Of a stretch of DNA of 64,000 nucleotides, positions 56,992 through 64,000 are shown one piece after another. The translations under genes and the position numbers were made by a program. The notes under the pieces were generated by a model. That model was given only the letters and a program-made list of their open reading frames with translations. It did no database searches and had not been told where the DNA came from. The number at the start of each line of letters is the position of its first letter. The stretch's first letter is position 1. Source of the DNA: Abditibacterium sp. (GTDB lineage Bacteria > Armatimonadota > Abditibacteriia > Abditibacteriales > Abditibacteriaceae); NCBI GenBank assembly GCA_965199495.1, contig CBDASK010000003.1, positions 928,001 to 992,000 of the forward strand. Direction: 5' to 3'.

Positions 56992-59295
56992 ATGAAACAA
57001 TTTTGTGGTCTCCACCCCGGCTTGTTGTTTGTCGCCGGAGCTTTAGTCTTCGCTGCTCCTTCGGCGCGCGCGCAAAACGCAAAAACGCCGGTGGATTACG
57101 TCAATCCCTATATCGGCAACATCAGCCACTTGCTGGTGCCGACGTTCCCGACGGTGCATTTGCCCAACGGAATGTTGCGCGTGATTCCCGACCGGGCCGA
57201 TTACACTTCGGCGACCGTCGGCGGTTTGCCGATGCTTTCGACCAGCCACCGGGGCCAGTCGGCGTTTAGTCTCAAACCCTACTCTGGGCCGCTCACCGGG
57301 CAACGCCAGAACATGAACTACACCTACGATGGGGAGAAAATTAAGCCTTATCTCTACTCGGTGTCGCTCGATGGTTTCGGTGCCCAGGGCAACGACATTG
57401 ACGTGCGTTTCGCGCCATCGGATAAAGCGGGCATTTATCGTTTCGATTATCCCACCAACGCGCCGCGCTCGTTTTCGTTTGGCGCGGGTCAGGGCAAAAT
57501 CGAAGTCAAAGGCAACACGGTGAGCGCGACGCAGAAATTGGCCAACAACACCAACGCCTACGTTTACATGGTGTGGAGCGAGACGCCGCAAAGCAGTGGC
57601 GTTTTCGATCCGCAGAGCGCGCCCCAAATCGAGAATCCCCAACCCGCCGTCACCACAACGGCTGGCGGCGGCGCCACGGTTTTCGTGGCGTTTTCCGCCA
57701 GTCGCAACGCGATTCAAGCGCGTTATGGCGTGTCGTTCATCAGCCTCGAACAGGCGCAGAAAAATTTGACCGAAGAAATCCCGACGTTCGACATAGACAG
57801 CGTCGCGGCTAAAGGCCGCGCACGCTGGAACGCGGCGTTGGGCAAACTGGCCGTCAAAGGCGGCAGCGAAGACCAGAAAACGGTGTTTTATACGTCGCTT
57901 TATCGCAACTACGAGCGCATGATTGACATTTCGGAAAATGGCTCGTACTTCAGCGCGACCGATGGAAAAGTCCACGCCGACGACGGAACTGATTTTTATA
58001 CCGACGACTGGATTTGGGACACTTACCGCGCGGCGCACCCGCTGCAAATGCTGATTAACCCTAAACAGGAATCGGCGAAAATTGATTCGTATGTGCGCAT
58101 GGCGGGGCAGTCGAAAGAAGGCTGGATGCCGACCTTTCCCGAAGTGACTGGTGACAGCCACCGCATGAACGGCAACCACGCCGTGGCTGTAGTGTGGGAC
58201 GCCTACAACAAAGGTCTGCGCGGCTTCGATTTGGAGGCCGCTTATAACGCTTCCAAGAAAGCGATTATGGAATCCACGATGGCGCCCTGGTCGCGCCGCC
58301 CCGCCAGTGGCGTGGACGCGTTTTATAAATCGAACGGTTATTTCCCCGCGCTCAAGCCCGGCGAAGCCGAAACCGATCCGGCGGTGACGAGCGAGCGGCG
58401 CCAAGCGGTCGCGGTGACGTTGGCCGCCAGCTACGACGATTGGTGTCTGGCGCAAATCGCCAAGCAGTTGGGCAAAACCGACGATTACAAATTCTTTTTG
58501 GCGCGCTCGTATAATTACCGCAATTTGTTCAACCCCGCAACCGGCTTTTTTCATCCCAAAGACAGCGACGGCAACTTCATTCAGCCGTTCGATTATCGCT
58601 TTTCGGGCGGCGTCGGCGTGCGCGATTATTACGACGAAAACAACGGCTGGACGTATCGCTGGGACGTGCAGCACAACGTCGCCGATTTGATTTCGTTGAT
58701 GGGCGGGCGCGAGAAGTTCATCGCCAATCTGGACGCGACTTTCGCCGAACCGTTGGGCCGCAGCAAACGCGATTTTTATGCGGCGTTGCCCGACCAAACC
58801 GGCAACGTCGGCCAGTTCACGATGGGCAACGAGCCGAGTTTGCACATTCCGTATCTGTATAACTACGCGGGCGCGCCGTGGAAAACGCAGCGCCGCATTC
58901 GCTCGCTGCTGGCCACGTTTTTCACCAACGACTTAATGGGCATTCCGGGCGACGAAGATGGCGGCGGCCTGACTTCATTCGTGGTGTTTTCTTCGATGGG
59001 CTTTTATCCCAGCGTCGGCTTCCCGATTTACAATATCGGCAGCCCGATTTTCACCGAAACGACGGTGAATCTGGAAAACGGCAAAAAGTTCATCGTGAGC
59101 GCGCCCAATAGTTCAGACGATAACAAATATATCCAATCGGCCACGCTCAATGGCGCGGCGTGGAACAAACCGTATTTCCGCCAGAGCGACATCGCGCAGG
59201 GCGGACGATTGGATTTGGTGATGGGGCCGCGCCCAAACAAATCGTGGGGCGCCGCGCCCGCCGACGCGCCGCCTTCGGCGGAAGCGAAACCGTAA
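56992..59295 (+). CDS. GH92 alpha-1,2-mannosidase family protein, secreted
   Basis: YVNPYIG, FYTSLY, WDTYRA.HPL, E.NGW.Y.W.V.H, GNEPS.H.PYLY, GDED.G. Confidence 0.93.
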   Translation: MKQFCGLHPGLLFVAGALVFAAPSARAQNAKTPVDYVNPYIGNISHLLVPTFPTVHLPNGMLRVIPDRADYTSATVGGLPMLSTSHRGQSAFSLKPYSGPLTGQRQNMNYTYDGEKIKPYLYSVSLDGFGAQGNDIDVRFAPSDKAGIYRFDYPTNAPRSFSFGAGQGKIEVKGNTVSATQKLANNTNAYVYMVWSETPQSSGVFDPQSAPQIENPQPAVTTTAGGGATVFVAFSASRNAIQARYGVSFISLEQAQKNLTEEIPTFDIDSVAAKGRARWNAALGKLAVKGGSEDQKTVFYTSLYRNYERMIDISENGSYFSATDGKVHADDGTDFYTDDWIWDTYRAAHPLQMLINPKQESAKIDSYVRMAGQSKEGWMPTFPEVTGDSHRMNGNHAVAVVWDAYNKGLRGFDLEAAYNASKKAIMESTMAPWSRRPASGVDAFYKSNGYFPALKPGEAETDPAVTSERRQAVAVTLAASYDDWCLAQIAKQLGKTDDYKFFLARSYNYRNLFNPATGFFHPKDSDGNFIQPFDYRFSGGVGVRDYYDENNGWTYRWDVQHNVADLISLMGGREKFIANLDATFAEPLGRSKRDFYAALPDQTGNVGQFTMGNEPSLHIPYLYNYAGAPWKTQRRIRSLLATFFTNDLMGIPGDEDGGGLTSFVVFSSMGFYPSVGFPIYNIGSPIFTETTVNLENGKKFIVSAPNSSDDNKYIQSATLNGAAWNKPYFRQSDIAQGGRLDLVMGPRPNKSWGAAPADAPPSAEAKP

Positions 59296-59297
59296 GC

Positions 59298-59333
59298 AAA
59301 AGGGGAGTGCGAAATGTTTCGCACCCCCTTTTT
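59298..59333 (+). terminator. Intrinsic terminator
   Basis: aaaagggg.gtgcgaaa-tg-tttcgcaccccctttt. Confidence 0.8.
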
Positions 59334-59631
59334 GGTTGTGCTTTGTTAATTTGGCGAAGTGCGTCAAACTTGGCTTATGTTGCCTCGCTCCAGATCTCTG
59401 CGCATTTCATTGATAGTTGTGCCGCATGACAACTCCAGTTGCGCTCCATAATTTGGCTTTGATGCCCGATTCGCAATTGCTGCAGGCGAGTAGTTTCGTC
59501 ACTCCAGATACGGATGAAAACAGAGTTCAACAAATGATCAGTTTTAGTCTACATTAATACTTATTAAAGTTATGCAATTGCAGATTTCTATCTACGTGAG
59601 GTAACCTTTATAAACATTTAGTGAGGCTTTT

Positions 59632-61071
59632 ATGTGCTCAGGAGGTGCATATATGCAGGACAACAACTGGAACGAATCAGACTGCCGATTTTTGACGAAA
59701 GGCCAGCAATGCACCACCCACAGGGGCGAATCTTCTTGGTTTTGCAAACCACATCAGAAAACCTATGGTGAGGTCAGCAATCAAGACTTGCTTGAGCAAC
59801 ATGCAACTGCGACTGCGGAGAGCATTGTCGTCAAGAATAAAGTTATTCATCTGCGTGACGTCAACATGAACGACGGCTCGTGGGATAATTTCTATAATTC
59901 ATGGCATGAGCTAATCAATCGAGACTACGAAGACATGGATATTCTCGAGTGTATTGGGAATATCTTGGAGCAACGTAATTTCTTCGCCAATTTAATGAAG
60001 CAACTTCGCGGTGAGAGAAAGTGGCGTAAGTTTGAGAAGTTAGTGGCAGGAATTCATTTGCCTGGAGAGGCAGGGACGAAAGTCAAATTCGATGATACCA
60101 TTACTGATAAGCGGACTGGGCGGCCCCGGCAGATTGATGTCAGCGTTGTCTCTACTCAGGGGTTTTACAAACATTTGGTAATCATCGAATGTAAAGATAA
60201 ATCGCGTAAAGTAACCGTAGAGTGGATTGAAGGCTTCCGATCCAAAATTGAGGATGTCGGAGCACAAAAAGGCGTGATGGTTTCGCCTCTCGGATTCACC
60301 GAGGGCGCAGTGCAGAAAGCCGAAAGCTATGGTATTGATTTATTCACTCTAACACCCCAACTCAGTGGGTGGATAAAGAGAAAGAAACATCAGACTGAAA
60401 GATTGGCCGTTCCTGATGGCTTTCGTTTTGATTGCCCGCCGCCTCCCAACTACTCTGCCCCCGCTAATCCGTCTTTTGAGAAATTCTTAATACGCTGCAA
60501 TAGCGATAGCTCAATAAAAACTCTACTGGATTTTACTAGTGGCATATGCGAAAGAGCCACTTTAAAGAAGTTCTCATTACCAACGGAAGTAAAAATCAAT
60601 TTTGGAGAGGAGAAACAAAGCCGCTACTCCATACAATTCCCAAATTCTCATACGTTCGTTCCATTATTTAGCATTACGATCAAACTTAAAGCCCATATTA
60701 GGCATGTCAGACACACAACTATTGACATTCCCCCAAAAGTCATCGGTTACACATATAACAATCTTCTGACGGGCGATAAGTATCAAATACGCACCGACGA
60801 TATTCCGAAGGGAGTCGATACAGTTCTTGAGCCAGGGCAATACTACACGGACAAATTTGACTTCAAGTGGTGGTGTATCAGCATTGAAAGCAACGAAGCG
60901 ATCATGTGGCTTCTGGATTTACCCTTGCAAGGCCGAACCATTTGCGTAGAAAGTAAACAATCATTAGATGAGGCATACAATTTTGTTCCTTTGGACGATT
61001 CAGTCGAGCAGAATCGACTGGAAAAGATCTATCGCTCAGCAGTAAGTCGAGATAGCAATACAGAATCATAA
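59632..61071 (+). CDS. Mrr-like PD-(D/E)xK restriction endonuclease domain protein (start uncertain)
   Basis: W..FEKLV, TG..RQIDV, IIECKD, V.VE.IE.F..K..DVGA.KG.MVS..GFT.GA; visibly AT-richer than flanks. Confidence 0.8.
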   Translation: MCSGGAYMQDNNWNESDCRFLTKGQQCTTHRGESSWFCKPHQKTYGEVSNQDLLEQHATATAESIVVKNKVIHLRDVNMNDGSWDNFYNSWHELINRDYEDMDILECIGNILEQRNFFANLMKQLRGERKWRKFEKLVAGIHLPGEAGTKVKFDDTITDKRTGRPRQIDVSVVSTQGFYKHLVIIECKDKSRKVTVEWIEGFRSKIEDVGAQKGVMVSPLGFTEGAVQKAESYGIDLFTLTPQLSGWIKRKKHQTERLAVPDGFRFDCPPPPNYSAPANPSFEKFLIRCNSDSSIKTLLDFTSGICERATLKKFSLPTEVKINFGEEKQSRYSIQFPNSHTFVPLFSITIKLKAHIRHVRHTTIDIPPKVIGYTYNNLLTGDKYQIRTDDIPKGVDTVLEPGQYYTDKFDFKWWCISIESNEAIMWLLDLPLQGRTICVESKQSLDEAYNFVPLDDSVEQNRLEKIYRSAVSRDSNTES

Positions 61072-61226
61072 CCTTTTCCCTCATGGGGCCAATTGCAGTT
61101 TCGGGCGACGGAAGAACTTTGGTAACGCGCGCCTACATAACGCAAGACGGCGTTTGGCTGTGGAACATCAACTAAAAACGCGCGTTCACTCCGCCCGCTC
61201 GCGCGTCCACACAATCTGATAGCTTT

Positions 61227-62204
61227 ATGCTTCAAGACCGCTTTCATCGCCTCATTTCTTATCTGCGCATCAGCGTGACTGATAGATGCAACTTTCGTTG
61301 CGTCTATTGTATGCCCGCGCTCGGCATAGCCATCGCGCCGCGCGCCGAACTTTTGACGTTCGAGGAAATCGAACGCGTCGCGCGCGTCGGCGCGAGTTTG
61401 GGCGTCAATAAAATTCGCTTAACTGGCGGCGAACCAACGGTGCGGCGCGATTTGCCGACGTTGGTGGCGATGCTGAAAAATATCAAGGGCATCAACGAAT
61501 TGGCGATGACAACGAACGCGGTTTTGTTGAGTGAAATGGCGGCGCCGCTCAAAGAGGCCGGATTGAATCGCGTCAATATCTCGATTGATACGTTGGATAA
61601 AGCCAAAGCGTTCGCTATCGCGCGGCGCGACGATTTCGAGAGAGTTCAGCGCGGCATCGCGGCGGCGCATGAAGTCGGATTGAAAATTAAATTCAATACC
61701 GTCGCGATGCGCGGCACCAACGACGACGAACTTTGCGATTTGGCCGATTTCGCCAGAAGTTACGATGCGCCGATTCGGTTTATCGAATGGATGCCGATGG
61801 GCGAGGCGCGTTTCGACGAAACCAATCAGACGATTTCAGCGCGCGAGATGCGTTTGATTTTGAATCAACGATTCGATCTGCGTGAGCAGCCACGGCGGGC
61901 GGGCGATCCGGCGCGCAGTTGGATTTGCGCGCGAACGGGCGCGCAAGTCGGGTTTATTTCTTCGATGACCGATCATTTTTGCGAGACCTGCAATCGCATG
62001 AGACTGACGGCGACGGGCGGTTTGCGCCCATGTTTGCACCAAGACGCCGAAACCGACGTGCGCGCGATTTTGCGCGACGGCGGCTCGGACGAAGATATTA
62101 GAAACGCCTATTTTGAGGCGGCGGGTTTGAAGTGGGCCGGGCATCATATAAACGATGTGATTCCGCTTTATTCGAGCAAAGATATGGTTTCGATTGGCGG
62201 TTAG
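61227..62204 (+). CDS. moaA: GTP 3',8-cyclase MoaA
   Basis: YLRISVTDRCNFRCVYC, RLTGGEP, FC.TCNR.RLT..G.L.PCL, C-terminal IGG. Confidence 0.96.
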   Translation: MLQDRFHRLISYLRISVTDRCNFRCVYCMPALGIAIAPRAELLTFEEIERVARVGASLGVNKIRLTGGEPTVRRDLPTLVAMLKNIKGINELAMTTNAVLLSEMAAPLKEAGLNRVNISIDTLDKAKAFAIARRDDFERVQRGIAAAHEVGLKIKFNTVAMRGTNDDELCDLADFARSYDAPIRFIEWMPMGEARFDETNQTISAREMRLILNQRFDLREQPRRAGDPARSWICARTGAQVGFISSMTDHFCETCNRMRLTATGGLRPCLHQDAETDVRAILRDGGSDEDIRNAYFEAAGLKWAGHHINDVIPLYSSKDMVSIGG

Positions 62205-62206
62205 AT

Positions 62207-62327
62207 TTTTAGCCACAGAGGGCACAGAGAAGCACGAAGAAAATAAAACTACGAAGCACAATTCGAGCGATTAAGTTTTGATGACTTCGTGCTTCTCTGT
62301 GTTTCTCTGTGCCCTCTGTGGCTAAAA
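62207..62327. repeat. Palindromic element, AGCCAC...GTGGCT family
   Basis: ttttagccacagagggcacagagaagcacgaag / cttcgtgcttctctgtg...ccctctgtggctaaaa. Confidence 0.9.
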
Positions 62328-62337
62328 TAAGTTTGTT

Positions 62338-63291
62338 ATGCCTCAACTCATTCACACGCTCGATTCGCACATTGATTTAGTTCACGACGGCGTGACGTTA
62401 TTTTCCTACTTCTATAATTCGCGTGTGCCCGCTATCGAATCGCCGCGCCCTTATTTTCATCCGTTGCGCACGTTAAAAGGCAATATCGTGAGCGGGTTTC
62501 GACCGCACGATCATCGCTGGCATCACGGTTTGTCGATGACGTGCGCCAATTTGAGCGGCCATAATTTCTGGGGCGGGCCGACTTATATGCGCGGCGAAAG
62601 TTATGTGCAATTGGATAACGTTGGTGAACAAATTTCAGTTGCGCACCCGTTTGTGAGCAATACGAGCGATTTGGGATTTGATATGGCGTGGCATTTTGCC
62701 AACGACGATTGCCCGTTGATTATCGAAACACGCTCATTGAAAACCACAATTCAGAATGAGCGTTGGATTCTCGATATAAATTCCAGCTTGACCAACGTCA
62801 AAAACGAATCCTTAATCTGGGGCAGCCCGACGACGCAAGGCCGCGAGAACGCCGGTTACGGCGGCTTGTTCTGGCGTGGGCCGCGCGATTTTATCGGTGG
62901 CGAAATTCTAATGAGCGACAATCGAGCGGGCGCCGATTTAATGGGACAGACTTCGCCTTGGCTGGCTTATATCGGGCAACACGACGAAACCGACGATTAT
63001 TCGACGTTAATCTTCGTGGACGATAACCGTAATCCGCGTCATCCGACACCGTGGTTTGTGCGCAACACGACGCCGATGGTTTGTCCCTACTTCGCGTTTC
63101 ACGAAGAATACGAGCAAGCTCTGCACGAAACTTTAGAGTTGAATTATCGAATTATCATCGCCGACGGCAAATGGAATCGCGAACAAATTGAAGCGGTGAT
63201 TTCTTCCGTAGAGACACCGACCGGGTGCCCCCTGGGCGGATGTCTAAATAGGTTAAAATTGCATCGAAACACAGCATTTTCGACCTTTTAG
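62338..63291 (+). CDS. DUF6807 / so-called PmoA-family hypothetical protein; C-terminus runs into a REP element
   Basis: RPYFHPLRTL.G, P.DH.WHHGL, NFWGG, GYGGLFWR, WF.R. Confidence 0.75.
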   Translation: MPQLIHTLDSHIDLVHDGVTLFSYFYNSRVPAIESPRPYFHPLRTLKGNIVSGFRPHDHRWHHGLSMTCANLSGHNFWGGPTYMRGESYVQLDNVGEQISVAHPFVSNTSDLGFDMAWHFANDDCPLIIETRSLKTTIQNERWILDINSSLTNVKNESLIWGSPTTQGRENAGYGGLFWRGPRDFIGGEILMSDNRAGADLMGQTSPWLAYIGQHDETDDYSTLIFVDDNRNPRHPTPWFVRNTTPMVCPYFAFHEEYEQALHETLELNYRIIIADGKWNREQIEAVISSVETPTGCPLGGCLNRLKLHRNTAFSTF

Positions 63292-63337
63292 ACATCCGCC
63301 CAGGGGGCACCCGGTCGGTGTCTCTACGGAAGAAATC
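63198..63337. repeat. GTAG-type REP doublet, 51-bp perfect arms
   Basis: 63198-63248 is the exact reverse complement of 63287-63337. Confidence 0.93.
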
Positions 63338-63348
63338 GCGCGCTAAAT

Positions 63349-63762
63349 TTAAGTCAATCCCAACTGCAAGCGCGCCACTTCGCTCATCATTTCCATCGAA
63401 TACGTCGGCGCCCACACGACTTCGACTTCGCAATCCGTCACGTCGGGAATCGCGGCGATTTTGGTTTCGATTTCAATCGGCATCGTGCCAGCGACCGGAC
63501 AGGCCGGACTGGTCAGCGTCATGCGCACGTAAACTTCGCCCAGATGATTGACGGCGATGTCGTAGATTAAACCCAATTCGTAGATGTTGACCGAGATTTC
63601 GGGGTCGTAGATGCCGCGAATCACTTCGACGACTTTCTCGTGAATCACGGCTTCTTTGGCGCCTTCGGGGCGCGCGGGCGCGTTGGTCGGTTCGTCCATC
63701 GGATGCTCGGCGGGCGCGGAGTTCAAAACGTCGTTCATAAGTGAGGTGGCGGGATTATTCAT
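63349..63762 (-). CDS. SUF system Fe-S assembly protein (DUF59/SufT type)
   Basis: YDPEI.VNIYELGLIY, MTLTSPACPVA, MSE.ARL.LG. Confidence 0.9.
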   Translation of the reverse strand: MNNPATSLMNDVLNSAPAEHPMDEPTNAPARPEGAKEAVIHEKVVEVIRGIYDPEISVNIYELGLIYDIAVNHLGEVYVRMTLTSPACPVAGTMPIEIETKIAAIPDVTDCEVEVVWAPTYSMEMMSEVARLQLGLT

Positions 63763-63768
63763 GATTTT

Positions 63769-63877
63769 AAGTGTCAGGTGGCAAGTATCAGGTGGCAAGT
63801 GACGAGTTTGAACGAGGCGACGAAGTTGGATTCTCCACAACTTCTCCTTGTTACTTGTCACCTGCCACTTGTCACTT
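63769..63877. repeat. Inverted heptamer arrays (AAGTGAC/AGGTGGC units)
   Basis: aagtgtc aggtggc aagtatc aggtggc aagtgac ... acttgtc acctgcc acttgtc actt. Confidence 0.85.
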
Positions 63878-64000
63878 TAAACGGCCATTTTCGTGGCCAG
63901 AGTTTTGATGCGCGTCACCATGCCCGCCAAACCGTTGCGGCGGCCCATGCTGAGATGTTGGTCTAAACCCAACTGTTCGAGCAAACCGTTCACATCGAAA
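63877..64000 (-). CDS. sufE: SufE family protein, C-terminal fragment (not in the ORF track)
   Basis: Manual translation FDVNGLLEQLGLDQHLSMGRRNGLAGMVTRIKTLATKMAV*, matching the SufE C-terminal LGL..HLS..R.NGL pattern; next to the DUF59 gene. Confidence 0.8.
   Translation of the reverse strand, partial: FDVNGLLEQLGLDQHLSMGRRNGLAGMVTRIKTLATKMAV

Noticed and set aside
57043..58845. 600-aa minus-strand ORF
   Set aside because: Antisense shadow of the GH92 gene; no motifs; expected from GC-rich codon bias.
59370..59550. Possible gene remnant upstream of the nuclease
   Set aside because: Short open stretches only; no similarity I can recognise.
62338..63291. Methane monooxygenase subunit
   Set aside because: Soluble protein with no TM helices and no pmoB/pmoC; the family label is misleading.

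Overview
Bacterial chromosomal window, GC-rich overall with several AT-richer patches. Gene content and style suggest an Armatimonadota/Abditibacteriota-like diderm, but this is inference only. It holds about 50 genes. Housekeeping and stress genes include dps, recX, galE, alr, cdaA/cdaR, tatA, dnaG, moaA, sufT/sufE and an Rnl5-type RNA ligase. Signalling genes include two GGDEF proteins, a hybrid histidine kinase and an atypical response regulator. Accessory features: (i) a PadR gene followed by three HAAS-like membrane paralogs with constant N-termini and variable C-termini, the third split by a dead IS982-like element; (ii) three tandem secretin paralogs with no secretion or pilus machinery nearby; (iii) a Druantia type III-like pair (954-aa protein plus about 1785-aa DEAH/DUF1998 helicase) upstream of dnaG; (iv) an AT-rich Mrr-like endonuclease; (v) about 17 intergenic palindromic or short-repeat elements from at least six sequence families, several overlapping gene ends or lying in frame. 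No rRNA, tRNA or CRISPR array was recognised.
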